From: Tubiluchus corallicola
Taxonomy: Eukaryota > Animalia > Priapulida
Reading direction: 5' to 3'
Assembly (NCBI GenBank): GCA_030141605.1
Contig: JAQGDQ010000841.1
Span: 1-64,000, forward strand
Length of the DNA: 64,000 nt
Shown here piece by piece: positions 13,440 through 26,724 of the stretch; positions within the stretch are counted from its first letter, which is position 1; each line of letters opens with the position of its first letter. The notes under the pieces were generated by a model. The model was not told the origin of the DNA. It made no database searches and saw only the letters and a list, made by a program, of their open reading frames with translations. The translations under genes were made by a program, and so were the position numbers.

Positions 13440-14033
13440 GGGATTTTTACGAGCAGACAGAAAAGTGGCTTGCTGAGCATTAGTTAAGGAACGCTGAACC
13501 TGGTTATAGAAAATGTAAGGTTTTACGAGCAGACAGAAAAGTGGCTTGCTGAGCACTAGTTAAGTAACGCTGTACCTGGTTATAGAAAATGTAAGGTTTT
13601 ACGAGCAATCAGAGAAGTGGCTTGCTGAGCATCAGTTAAGTAACGCTGAACCTGGTTATAGAAAATGTAAGGTTTTTACGAGCAGTCAGAAAAGTGGCTT
13701 GCTGAGCATCAGTTAAGTAGCGCTGAACCTGGTTATAGAAAACGTAAAGTTTTACGAGCAGTCAGAAAAGCGGCTTGCTGAGCATCAGTTAAGTAACGCT
13801 GAACCTGGTTATAGAAAATGTTAGGTTTTACGAACAGTCAGAAAAGCGGCTTGCTGAGCATCAGTTAAGTAGCGCTGAACCTGGTCATGGAAAACGTAAG
13901 GTTTTACGAGCAGTCAGAAAAGCGGCTTGCTGAGCATCAGTTAAGTAACGCTGAGCCTGGTCATAGAAAACGCAAGGTTTTACGAGCAGTCAGAAAAGCA
14001 GCTTGCTGAGCACTAGTTAAGTAGCACTGAACC
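13440..14033. repeat. ~76-bp tandem array, ~8 copies
   Basis: Unit ggttttacgagcagtcagaaaagtggcttgctgagcatcagttaagtaacgctgaacctggttatagaaaatgtaa. Confidence 0.93.
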
Positions 14034-14170
14034 TGTGGACCAGGCGTCAATGTAGAGAATTCTTAAGAGGAGGCACAAAATGGCGTATTTTGGGCATTAG
14101 TTAAACATTGCTGGACCTGGATAGTAAATAAATAAATTACTGTGGGTAAACCACATATTCCTTGAGAGAG

Positions 14171-14208
<38 letters not shown>

Positions 14209-14974
14209 GTTTTCGCAGTATGTTGAATGATTTTAAAGAATTACCCTACAAAATGAACTAGGTTCTTTTGGCCTAAATTATGACCTTTAGGGACCCCTAG
14301 ACTAATGAAATTATGGGTACCCCTGAAACAGACCCGCCCGCTAACTCGACGCACACTTCTTGAATATTTGTGACTTGTGATATGCTTTAGCAAGATTAAC
14401 ATAGCTTGAAGTAAACTTAAATTCTTTAAATAAACTAGAATATCTATGTTCTATGTTTACATCGAATATTTATATTAACAAATCTCTTGCTTGTCTATAT
14501 AACTATTCTTTAAAAAATACCGATATTTTGCTATTTATTGCCAAAAAAGCAAATAAAATTAACTATTAGAAAATATTTCAACACAAAGGTGATGAAAAAA
14601 ACGGATTTTTATAACCACTAATCAGTATTATAACAATAAAATTTCAAATATGAATTAATCATTTTGATATCCATACAATTTATGAAACAGTTTAGTAATT
14701 ATATCGTCTAGAAAGTTAAAATCAATAAAAATTTCTAGGATTTAAACATTCCGAAATAAAATTTTAAATCAAACGTGTTATCTAGTTGAAACACTTTGAA
14801 TCAGTGACACAAACTAAACATTCTTTTCCTTTGCTTCCCTTCCTGGAAAGAGTGCAAATAATTTTATCGAATGACAGCAGCTGTGGCACTTTGTCACTTT
14901 CAATACAAATTTCGTCTGTGAAGTTAGTTTTTCTTGAGAGAATAAATATCGAAGTTAGTCAAAGAGAGGCTCCT

Positions 14975-16010
14975 TGTCTCAAATGAAAGTCTCAAACAAG
15001 AACCTTTATCACAAATGAAAGTCTCAAACAAGAACCTTTATCACAAATGAAAGTCTCAAACAAAAGCCCTTTATCACAAATGAAGGTCTCAAACAAGAAC
15101 CCTTTATCTCAAATAAAAGTCACAAGCAAGATCTCTTTATCACAAATAAATGGCCTAAAACAAGATCTCTTTATCTAAAATAAAAGTCTCAAACAAGAGC
15201 TCTTTATCTCAAATGAAAGTCTCAAACAAGAGCACTTTATGAGAAATAAAAGTCTCAAACAAGAGCCCTTTACCTCAAATGAAAGTCTCAAACAAAATCC
15301 CTTTATCACAAATGAAAGTCCCAAACAAAAGCCCTTTATCTCAAATGAAAGTCTCAAACAAGAGCCCTTTACCTCAAATGAAAGTCTCAAACAAAAGCCC
15401 TTTACCTCAAATGAAAGTCTCAAACAAGAGCCCTTTATCTCAAATGAAAGTCTCAAACAAGAGCCCTTTACCTCAAATGAAAGTCTCAAACAAGAGCCCT
15501 TTATCTCAAATGAAAGTCTCAAACAAGAGCCCTTTATCTCAAATGAAAGTCTCAAACAAGAGCCCTTTACCTCAAATGAAAGTCTCAAACAAGAGCCCTT
15601 TATCTCAAATGAAAGTCTCAAACAAGAGCCCTTTACCTCAAAAGAAAGTCTCAAACAAGAGCCCTTTATCTCAAATGAAAGTCTCAAACAAGAGCCCTTT
15701 ACCTCAAATGAAAGTCTCAAACAAGAGCCCTTTATCTCAAATGAAAGTCTCAAACAAGAGCCCTTTACCTCAAATGAAAGTCTCAAACAAGAGCCCTTTA
15801 CCTCAAATGAAAGTCTCAAACAAGAGCCCTTTACCTCAAATGAAAGTCTCAAACAAGAGCCCTTTATCTCAAATGAAAGTCTCAAACAAGAGCCCTTTAC
15901 CTCAAATGAAAGTCTCAAACAAGAGCCCTTTATCTCAAATGAAAGTCTCAAACAAGAGCCCTTTATCTCAAATGAAAGTCTCAAACAAGAGCCCTTTATC
16001 ACAAACAAAG
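14975..16010. repeat. 33-bp minisatellite, ~31 copies
   Basis: Unit caaatgaaagtctcaaacaagagcccttta(t/c)ct; degenerate at left, homogeneous at right. Confidence 0.96.
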
Positions 16011-16488
16011 GCCCCTTAAAATGCTGCTGCAGTTGAAAATAAAAGGAATACACACTATACTGTAAAGAAAAAATACGACTGATTTGTTTTATTTTTATGA
16101 GTTACTAGAATGTCAAGTTTACAAAGAGATGAATCCGTTTTCCAACTTGCTTGTTTTAATTTAAACTTTTCATGTTCAAATAAAAGTTTTATGACTGATA
16201 TTGATGAGGTTTCTTCATAGAGATTATTACAGTCACTAGAAGGGCATAAAAGTTTGATGCTGTCACTTCTATACTGATGCACAGCAAACACAGCAAGGCT
16301 TCTTTTACAAATAAAACGTCTTTGCTTTCGTAATACGGACAGCTCAAACGTTATTTAATTCATTTCCGAAGGACGTCAAGTATGTCCACGCTTGGCTACG
16401 TGAGTACAGAACATGCAGAAGTTACATTCCGAAAAACGTCTCTTCTCTAGCTGTCGTACCGAGGCGTAAATGGTTTGGAATGCTCAAT

Positions 16489-16950
<462 letters not shown>

Positions 16951-17924
16951 AGGGCAGAACTAGAACTAGAACTAGATATATTTAAAACACTAGCGTGCTC
17001 CATCAATGATGCCACTTAGCAGTTTTTCAAATTAAAAATACTTTCAATGTTTTTATTCTGCTGCAAACTTTGCTAACCTTCATACTGAGACCCAAGTGTC
17101 GTTTTCTGTCGAAGCCTACATACTTTTCCACATCACTGGGATTCGAACTCTGGCCTTTTGCAAAACTAAGGCTCTTTCCTGTTCGTCTTGTACTTTCTAT
17201 TGACGTCCAAATGCAAAGGAGCTCAACTTTCTCACTACGTTCTCCGTCCTAATCCAAATAGTAATAAACGTTAAGAACTAACAGCCTGGCTTCCCTACAA
17301 AAACCAATGAAACAGCTTCGGCACGTGGAGAGAGAAGCCATAAAATCAGGTGGAGTGAAGCCATAATTCAGGTCGTTAAGCATTGTGAACGTTCTATATC
17401 AACACAATAGCAATGTGGGGAGAAATGTTAGCCAAACAATAATTAATGTTAAACGACGTGGCAGCGAGTTTACGATTATAGGTACTGTGGTGTCACTGCC
17501 ATCGAGTCAACATTGCATTTCGTCTTTCAATAATAAACACAATGATTTGTTTATTATAAAAACTTAATAACAATTTCAAACGTTGGTTATAATAATTTAG
17601 AAAACCTGCTTCGTTGTTTCGAATTTCGAGTTTAAATTTATGAGTAAATTTGCCATTTAAAATACACATAATTGAATTACATTCTGATAATATTAATAAT
17701 ATTAACTTTTAGCATCATCACTATAGATTCACTTGCAAATGCATCACAGTACGATCACACTACAATGAATGCTTTGTTCATGGCGTAGTGATGGCAAAGT
17801 AATCATCATTACTCGTCGTCATCCAGTAGTATCAGTGTTCGGCAGAAACAACAGCAGCACTGACAGCAAAAGTGTCAATTCAAACCATAACCACCGCCAC
17901 TGCCAGCAATAGTGGCGGCACCAG

Positions 17925-18152
17925 CAGCAACAACAACAACAGCAGCAGCAATGGCAGCATAATAATGCCAATTTAAGTCAACACCATTACAGCAACAATA
18001 GCTGCTACAACAACAGCAACAGCAGCAAAACCACTACCACCACCATCACCAACAGCAACAGCACCACTGCCAGCAACACCATCACCAACACCACCAACAT
18101 CTTCACCAAGAGCAACAACAACAACAACAGAAATACCACTACCACTACCACT

Positions 18153-18184
<32 letters not shown>

Positions 18185-18337
18185 CAGCAGCAGCAGCAGC
18201 AACAACAACTATAACAACAACAACAGCAGCAGCAGCAGCAACAACAACTATAACAACAACAACAACAGCAGCAGCAGCAGCAGCAACAACAACAACAGCA
18301 ACAACAACAGAAATACCACTACCACCACCACCAACAA

Positions 18338-18368
<31 letters not shown>

Positions 18369-18452
18369 AACAGCAACAGAAATACCTCTACCACTACCAC
18401 CACCACCAACTACAACAACAGCAGCAGCAACAACAACAACAGCAACACCACC

Positions 18453-18483
<31 letters not shown>

Positions 18484-18631
18484 GCAACAAAAACAACAAC
18501 AGCAGCAGCAGCAGCAACAACAGCAACAACAACAACAACACAGCAACCACCAAAACCTGCAGCAGCAACAACAACAACAGCAACACCAACAACAACAACA
18601 GCAGCAACAACAACAGCAACAACAACAGCAA

Positions 18632-18662
<31 letters not shown>

Positions 18663-18674
18663 AGCAACACCACC

Positions 18675-18734
<60 letters not shown>

Positions 18735-18792
18735 AACAACAGCAACAACAACAACAGCAACACAACAACCACCAAAACCTGCAGCAGCAACA
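17925..18792. repeat. Compound (CAA/CAG/CAC)n trinucleotide tract
   Basis: Direct inspection. Confidence 0.95.
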
Positions 18793-20180
18793 GTTATAAC
18801 ACTGTCGATGGTAGAGCAGTAAATCATAAAGAGCTAGAGCTGTAGAACTGTTAAATTATCTTCATTATCACCACAATATGTTTTCAGCATAACAACCTCA
18901 ACCAAAGACATCATCGCAATTTCACGTGTTGTTTATAGTAACCAGTCATTAGATGCCCAATTTTCATCATTGCAATAATAGTGACATTAGTCATTCTATT
19001 CTGATGATTAGATTACGTAATTAAATATGTATCAGTAAATTGTAGTAGTAGTACAGTGAGCATATTCAGTCATTCTGATGAAATCCTCATATGTTTGAGA
19101 AGTTTTTGTAATTGTAATATTGCAGGTGGCAGACCAGCAGCTAGTGGGAAAACCAAAGCGGGTGAGCAAGCATTGTAAAAAACGTTTCATTAGCTATATG
19201 GGTCCAGTCCTACGGAACAGAGTAAGCCCCAATTCAAAATGTAGTCACTCTCGTCCAAATCTTAAAAAAACCATTAGAAAAGAAATGTTTCAAAAGTACT
19301 GAAAGTAACACAACTTGATAATTGTAATCACTTGCATTCCTTTCCACGGTAATCTTAACAAAACATGTCAGGTCACTGAACACTTTATAATCATGATCAT
19401 ATAATCATTTCATCTTTCATTCACTACTCTTCCCACATGCATGTATATATTATCATTATCTCAGTTATTAATCATTTCTTTAAGATTTCCACGTACTGTT
19501 TGGCCTGTCAAGCTGTGCTTTTAGGCTCAAACTGTATGCATCAAATTATCGTGTAATGTAATTTGCACATGTATATGGCAACTACTAAAGACTCTTTATT
19601 TGTATTATCTGGACTATATTGTATTTGTATTTATATTTAGTTTACTCGATAATTATCTGTATTTTAGTGATAATTGTAAGATGCAGTGTGGAAATGAAAA
19701 AAACTCTTGAAACTCTTGAAGAAATTATCTCTGTTTACTTGAATTTTAGCCTCTATTTAACTCTGTAAACAGAGACAAACATTTTACAAAATGTATTATC
19801 ATAATCAACTTGCTTGAAAACACAGTAAAGTCGATATCCCGATACATTAAGCCATGATCCGTGAGATCGTATTGAAAAAAAGTGGCAAGCAAAACAATAG
19901 GTTCAGCCAAAGAGAAAGAAAAGAAAAATGAAAACAGGGCATAATAAAAAGTAAATTAGAAATGCTTCCCAAAGTGACGGCTCCAAGATAAACTAAAATT
20001 TAAAGAATGAAAGATAAAACTTTAATTTAAGTTTTTGCGACAACTTTAACAGCCACATAAGTAATAAATTATACCTACGTCCTACATAAAGTACCTAAAT
20101 TACATAAATTATGGTATACCTAAGTCCTAAAGTTATCTAACTTTCATAATATAATTTTTTATATAATAACATTAACTTAC

Positions 20181-20545
20181 CCATAATCTAGGAGAAGTCA
20201 TGCTAAGTTTAAAAGACGTCTTGCGCACGCATTGTTGTCCTATAAACAGACTAATGCTATAAACTTCAGTCGTCTCTGCCCATGTCTACTCTTCAGCGGT
20301 CACTCGTGGTTCTTTTATTCCGAAGAACAATACACAACACACGAACACAACGCTTTCCGGCTGTTGCAGACAACTAGTGATGAAGCCAGAGTTACAACTG
20401 AAGTGATAAACACGTGGCTTCCACTATTGGCTGGCTGCTATACTGCTAACCAACGCTGATCTTCGCCATTAAACTTCTGCGCACTCTCTGATTGGTTAAA
20501 GATTGCACATGCACATGATGTTTGCGCGCCATCTATAGGGCAGTT
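20181..20545 (-). promoter_or_regulatory. Candidate promoter and first exon of a minus-strand gene (possibly the gene owning the 1720-2015 exon)
   Basis: Two CCAAT boxes on the minus strand (~20424, ~20490), an E-box CACGTG, a GCGCA motif and a CTCF-like site at 20526-20540. ATG at 20201 (MTSPRLW) then a phase-0 GTAAGT donor at 20180, in phase with the acceptor at 2016. Confidence 0.35.
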
Positions 20546-21132
20546 TTAAAAGCAATTGTGAAGTTTCCCAAATTTTCGACTTTGCTGACCATGAAAGCAT
20601 CATTTTTAAACAGACCTTAGCCTATATTATTATAGTCTTTCTTTTTTTGCTTCTGCTTCTGTTTATTTTTCTCCTTACTTTTCTTCACCACTGCCACAAC
20701 CACATCTACTTTTCATTATCACCAACAACATCGACAGCAACAACAAACAACAACAACAACAACATATTTTCTACAGCTGCGTCGAACGCCTTCAACAACT
20801 TTATAATTTTTAGGTATTTTTCCGTTTTTAACAGTTGCAAAATGATTCCCTAAGCTGGCACAGGGCCACAAAAATTACAGCAATTTACTGACTGTTTATT
20901 TAGTAAAGAAAAAGTTATAATTAGTGAACACGAACAGCATATTGAATAAATACTCAAAGTAATTTCACCTGGTGACAAAATGTGGGAATCACAAATAACT
21001 TGTAAACTAGCAAAAACAAGACTATGCTGTTGGATTTGAGAAACCTGGTTGTTTATTTCACAAACAATGACTGCGCATTTAAAGTAAACAATAGCATTAG
21101 CGTATAATATATCCATTATATCTGTTGTTAGT

Positions 21133-21816
21133 TCAGTTAATCGCTCGCTGAACAAACAAAACGGCGGTCAAAAATAAGGAAACATAAATCATTACTCGAG
21201 TAAAATGAGCATGGGCAAATGAACGTCGTATCTTCTGAACGCATTTCTTTCTCAGCCAATCTCGCAGGTTCACAAGAGCGTACACGCCGGAAAACGTTAC
21301 GGGAGTCGTTACCGTCACCACCATGATACAGCTCTTGAGAAAGGCCAGGCTTTTCCCTCCACCCGCTGTCCAACACGCCTCGCCCAAGATGCAGAGGAGA
21401 AGGGTGCACAAAATTGGATGCCACACGTGGGATAATCTACATGGTATGGCTGTGATGAATATTTCTAAAAGAACAATGACACAATAGATGATTCTAATAG
21501 TGAATGCGTCTGCAAAAAGAAATGACGTCGACATGGTGACGTTGAACGTGGTCCATTGGAGCTTGTGGTACCATCGAGCAGGTTTGTCATTTGGGTTCTT
21601 GTTCCGGCACTCTACTATAGATATCACTAGTGCAGTTCCCATGTAGAATACGAGTAGAATTGAGCCATGAATCGCCGGGTCGTATAATACTACCAAGGGA
21701 TCCTCGAAACTAGTTGCATTCCAATGTTTTCTTAGGAAAGTCTTGATACCGCAAAACACGCAGACCAGAAACTGCAGTAAGCGGAAGAAAATGTAAACTG
21801 CAGGTGAGAGTGGCCA
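21133..21816 (-). CDS. Rolling stone-like multipass membrane protein, exon 2 (terminal)
   Basis: The ORF extends upstream to a pyrimidine-rich acceptor (ttttttcAG|TGG), giving WPLSPAVYIFFRLLQ...WYHKLQWTTFNV...LLEIFITAIPCRLSHVWHP...YALVNLRDWL. These resemble rolling stone family motifs (WYxKxxW, ExFxxAxPxRLxHxxxP). Confidence 0.75.
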   Translation of the reverse strand, partial: WPLSPAVYIFFRLLQFLVCVFCGIKTFLRKHWNATSFEDPLVVLYDPAIHGSILLVFYMGTALVISIVECRNKNPNDKPARWYHKLQWTTFNVTMSTSFLFADAFTIRIIYCVIVLLEIFITAIPCRLSHVWHPILCTLLLCILGEACWTAGGGKSLAFLKSCIMVVTVTTPVTFSGVYALVNLRDWLRKKCVQKIRRSFAHAHFTRVMIYVSLFLTAVLFVQRAIN

Positions 21817-21991
21817 CTGAAAAAATTAGAAAAAAAATGAAAGTATAATGGTTGTAGTTTAGTTTATACTTATTTGGAAATAATCATTTGTTTAAAAAAT
21901 AGACATAATTGAGAATATTGAGCATTAGTTTATTTTGTTTTGTTTGTTTGTTTATACATTTGTTTGTTTGTTTGTTTCCTCGTATGTGGAT

Positions 21992-22405
21992 TGGCGGATG
22001 TAGGGGGTGGGCCCAAGGGGCCTGGGCCCTCCCTTTCATAGTAACAGTTACAACACACCAAATTAAAATTTTCTCTGAATTAAAACATCAGAACGATTGG
22101 CTAAATTCTAAAGGTGCCTTATATCAGTAAAAATCATATATCACAAGAAAACAGATGAAAGTTATATACATTGTGTTTGCTGTATAGTGTATATCAATAA
22201 ATTGGTACGTAATTTTGAGCCAAAAGTTATGTGAAACCTGTTCTAAACTAGAGAACTTCCTCGAGGAAATGGCTTCTGTAAGGCTAAAATGTAATAAAAT
22301 GTATCGTTGTCCGGGTGGACCTCGCTTGTTAGCTTACACCGCCCACAGACCTCCTAACTGATTTTCTGTTGGGCCCAGCTTTGTTCTAAACCTGTATCCG
22401 CCCCT
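21992..22405. mobile_element. MITE with GGCGGAT-type TIR in the rolling stone intron
   Basis: tggcggatgtaggggg...cctgtatccgcccct; GC-rich gggcccaaggggcctgggccc hairpin near the left end. Confidence 0.55.
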
Positions 22406-23173
22406 TATGTATGTACGTTTATTTGTTTGTATGTTTGTTTGCTTCTAATTATCAATTAGGCCTAGAACATATAGACCTACATCTTTTCTTCCGATGTGTC
22501 GTTTCGTTGTAATTGCATGTCTAGACTTGTGACTGGGAAGCCAAAGTTTAACAAGAAAAAAATCACCAGCACCCACTTATACAGCAACATTATTTATTTC
22601 AACAACTGACGTTTCAAACATCAACTCTAATGCAATACTAGCTGTGTCGTAGTGGGCATTTATTTTTTCCATTTGCAGTTTCATAATTGCAAAATTCATA
22701 AATTGTTATTATTCTTCTGTATCGTAACTGTATCTTTCATTCTTACAGGTTCTTTCTCTAATTCTGTGATTATAACATCATCTTTAAAATGTTTCAAACT
22801 TCAGATGTTGAGATATATCATGTTACCATACAAGGAGATGCTAATGATTTCTTTTCTTGTTCAATTGTCTGTCTTTAATGCCCAATAAGTCTTAAATCAT
22901 GGAAAATCTGGGTGTCGTTTCAGATTACTAAATGTTAATTAAACCAGACACCTACGTGGAAAGTTATTACAAAACGAAAACATGTTGTCCTAGTACTACT
23001 TTATCCGTGCACTTATATTGTAAGATTAATTTTTATCAATTGTTTACAGATCCAGTAGAATGTTTTGTGATATATAAATTTCTACTGAAACACGCATAAA
23101 ATTCTATTGACGGCCATTTTGGTGTCATCATATCTGATGATACAGCCATGTGAGCTATACGCACCTCCCTTGA

Positions 23174-23560
23174 AGGAAACGCCAAGCTTTCTAGGAAGTT
23201 AGGCTTATTTCAAAATGTTCGTGAAAAATGTTAAAAGGATTTAGTAATAAAACTGCAATAAGCGCCTCGTGCAATTAGTAAAATCACTTTAAAGTCTCGA
23301 TCACTTCATGCTTGGGCGCTCCCATTTTCAAAACCCATTTCTCTTCCAATCACGTTATTCGTTCTGAAGAAAAGTAGCGCACTGTTGATCTTCACCAAAA
23401 GTATCATAAGTTTTCACAAAAAAATAAGCAAGTGAAAGGCAGCAGGCTTGAAATTTTTGTTTTACACAAAAATTTTTTACAAATTTCTTTGTTATATTTT
23501 CCCAATTTTAAGTGATAACAGTAAAATAAACCCAACATTCTGAGTGACTAATTCGTTACT
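23174..23560 (-). mobile_element. Kolobok-like MITE, family A, internally deleted, in the rolling stone intron
   Basis: Reverse-complement homology to 202-809 (aaaactgcaataagcgcctcgtg, aaatcactttaaagtc). Confidence 0.7.
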
Positions 23561-23789
23561 TTAACCGCCAGAAATGCCATTAATTTTTGTATGTCTACTT
23601 CTGGGCTATACCCAACTGGTACAATAACCCAAACTGACTCCTTTTTTACAGTAACAATCTTGCAAAAGAATTCCTTTAATAACAACAATTTCGTTTAGGA
23701 CATGGTCCAGGTATGCCACCTTAAGTAACTCAATATTTATTTACTAGGTGTTCCCGATTATTATTACCCGTGGGTTATTACGATAAATA

Positions 23790-23891
23790 TGCATGCTCGG
23801 TCGAAGAACCAGCGGTACCATTTTTTAACTCTTTAGTATGACTCGGTCGGAAGTTGAACCCACGACCTCTAAAGTGGTAAGAACTACACCG
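23790..23891 (-). mobile_element. tRNA-derived SINE head fragment
   Basis: Minus strand reads gaggtcgtgggttcaacttccgaccgagtcatactaaagagttaaaaaatggtac: B box plus a post-tRNA segment typical of invertebrate SINEs. Confidence 0.55.
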
Positions 23892-24399
23892 TTGAACAAC
23901 TCCATTAAATTAGACAATGGGAATTAAAGCCAATAGCCTCCACATAGTTGATTTGTTAGGCTGTGTTTGCTATAGTTGGCTTGGCCGATACAGTAATTTT
24001 AATTTAATTTAATTTATTAACACTCGATTAAAATTTATGGTGTAGATACACATAACAATACAACACTGTATATAAAAACTTAGTAAAAATACATTAAAAT
24101 AAAAAGGCTTTTTGAGTATTACTAAATTTTGATATGTTATGAAAATTTAATATTGTTGGGAAGAATTCTCTCTGCTTGCCCTTTAATCTAAGGCTACACT
24201 TATTTAGATTTTTCTGCAAAACTTGGCTTCTTGATAAACATTTAGCAGGTCAGCCAACCAGAATTAAGCACGTTTTAGCCGACTTTTGGAAGCAAAGAAA
24301 TCACCACCTCTTTTGCTTTTTTGTAGAGTTGAATTTTGAATAAAAGAATTACTTCAAAGCAATCAAGCAATCATGAATTACAATAATCATACATCTTAC

Positions 24400-24519
24400 C
24401 GCGCTCTGTCCAAATGCTATTTGACTGGGATAGTTTAGATCAATAGTATTGCAGTCACATTTCAAGCAAGAACCATGACGGTTCCACCAGTAGGCTTGTC
24501 TAGCATACTTTCTGGGCAT
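24400..24519 (-). CDS. Rolling stone-like protein, exon 1 (MPRKYARQ...LNYPSQIAFGQSA, 40 codons)
   Basis: ATG at 24519 reads open to a phase-0 GTAAG donor. It joins exon 2 in frame as FGQSA|W, matching the family FxxSQW motif. Total ~267 aa. Confidence 0.7.
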
Positions 24520-25230
24520 ACTGAGTGTTTTGAAGCGAATTTCATTTTCCTAAATGAAAATGATAGTCCATCGTGGAATTTAGCAAGGATTTTGTTTGGT
24601 GAGCAATACTGCAAAATTCCTTACACTTCGACCATTGTTTTTCGTTGATCAACGTACGCTCTTTGGCGTCCCTACTGATACAAAGAAACTTCCTCTGCTC
24701 AGGCTTTGATGAAAGACGGAAGAAACAGACTAGCAGAATTACCATTAGAAACCACAAACAATGACGTCATCTATTGTGCATGTAGTAATAATAGTAGTGG
24801 TACAGTACAGTAGTAATAGTTTATTGATAACCAAACTAATATTTGCATGTTTATCAGGGATAGCAGAATTGAAACATTACATACTTTTCTACTTTTCAGA
24901 AAACAGCAACATTATACAAAGGTTAAAAAAGTTCACAATAACAAATTTTCATTCAGTTTCAGCAAAAAAAACATGATAACTAAGCTGTGCTTACAGAATT
25001 GAAACACTTCATTATAGTAATTGCAGAAATTAGTGTCTTTTCTTATTCATAGGCTTTTCAAATATTGAAACAGATCTCAAATTCAAAATTGCTAATCATA
25101 ATTGACGTTAAGGACGTAAAGTCTACACTGTTGAATCTTCTAGTTTCAGGTGTTAAATGACAGCCTATCAAAACGTGATTTTCAGTTTAGGTTTCTCCAC
25201 AATTGCAGAGTCTCTGTCTTCTATCTACGT

Positions 25231-25245
25231 AGCGCCATCTATCGG
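25231..25245 (-). promoter_or_regulatory. CTCF-type motif upstream of the rolling stone-like gene
   Basis: Minus strand CCGATAGATGGCGCT; motif match only. Confidence 0.4.
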
Positions 25246-25269
25246 TTTCAACTTTCAAATAGTGCGCCC

Positions 25270-25410
25270 CATATCATCATAGCATACGCCCGTCACGTCT
25301 ATTGTAGACATTGGACAGGCAGAATTCTAAAATAAAAGAGGTAAACGCAGCAGTAATCCAGCAAGAAACTAGACACTGCTACGCCAGTGGCTTGTCAGCA
25401 CCACTTCCGA
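25270..25410 (-). mobile_element. Short interspersed repeat F with (GAT)n tail
   Basis: Homologous to 56838-57025 and 63480-63641, with the same terminus in all three. Confidence 0.7.
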
Positions 25411-25491
25411 TATGATATCGCGTATAGGCAATGCGTTACATTTCAAGTGTTGAACGGGTGCTATTCCTGTGCTTAACAAGCAATTGTTTAA

Positions 25492-26030
25492 AGCATCACG
25501 GGACCCAATCTTGAACTGTGGGTCAAAACAATCTGCTCTTTAGAATATTGAAAGCAAATATACTATTTTTGTTAAAATGACTTACGTGAAAGAATTATTA
25601 CCACACAAGCACAGTTTCACGTTGGTGCCACTTGTTAAACGGGCACTAGCGCCTGCATTTCGGAAACGCATTGCACAAGAAACTCAGGTGCTGTACCTCT
25701 CAGTTCAGGTGTTTTAGTTTGTGATGAACTACACACGTTCGACATCTCATGCGTGAGCACAGAGGTAAATTTGAAATTTAAATTTTTATCTTAAAACTTG
25801 CCTAGTTTTAGTACAACACACTGAATATCTTACAGTAGCACTGTACTTCAATTTTCCCTTTCGCAAACACGCGCAACACGCTTGTGGCATATTTTTGCCG
25901 TTGAAAATTATGTTCGTTTGTGATGTCATCAATAGTTGAACTCGCACGCCTTTAATTAAGTTTTTAATGTATTATTTAATTATAAGAGACGCTTTTGCAT
26001 TATCGGTTGTGTCAAAATGTATACTTTTTA
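25492..26030 (+). mobile_element. Kolobok-like MITE, family D, right end truncated
   Basis: TTAA-AGCA..GGACCCAATCTT; shares gggcactagcgcctgcatttcggaaac with the other copies. Confidence 0.75.
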
Positions 26031-26724
26031 GCGGACTTGAAAGCAGCTATGATAGTATGACTGATAATAGAATTAGGGCCTTCAAGTGTTCCATCCAGTC
26101 TTTACGTTAGCTGTAATGGCAAGTCGGTGGTTCACATCTGTTTTTTCTACCTGTTGTCTATTTTACAGGCCTGTTCTTGCATTTAGCTCAAGCTCTTTTT
26201 ATGCCTGTGATATTATTGCCAACAGCTGGGCGTGATCAACAACAAATATCCTAACGGGATAATCATCTTGAACCCAGGCGGCAAATTTTGAGCATTGAAA
26301 TAAAAATAGCAGTTGATTCTGGCTTGATTAGTTCGAGAGATTCTACTCTCAATTAATTCAAATTTAACAGTAAATTTGAGCCTTCTACTAAACATTTTAC
26401 CAAAAAAGTTTGGTTGGGGCCGTTTTATTTTTTATTTCTTTGTATTATTGTAACTGGTAACTGAAGTTGAAACAGCATTTGTGCTGTATGAGTCATAAGC
26501 ATACCGATTAATCACGTGTTCAAGTCATGCGCAAAAACGATTTGATAAGAAGTAAACTTTAGACAGCGTGTAAATAATCTGCCTTGAACATAATTGTAGA
26601 GCGCAAATAGTAGTGACTTATATTAAACGTGAAAGCACTGGTCGTCAGGTAACCCGCTACAGACGAGATTTTATGTTACCCGACTAGTTGCAAATTCGCG
26701 TGCTTAATTTTACAAGATTCAAAA

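Noticed and set aside
15175-16053. Long ORFs on both strands (SNESLKQEPF / GSCLRLSFEIK repeats)
   Set aside because: A 33-bp minisatellite open in several frames at once; no evidence of coding.
17973-18827. Poly-Val/Leu/Cys ORFs, or a mucin-like poly-Thr/Gln reading on the other strand
   Set aside because: Trinucleotide microsatellite with no supporting exon structure.
19070-19105. CTGATGA as a possible hammerhead ribozyme core (also at ~56019)
   Set aside because: No properly placed stem II and GAAA, and no flanking helices could be built.
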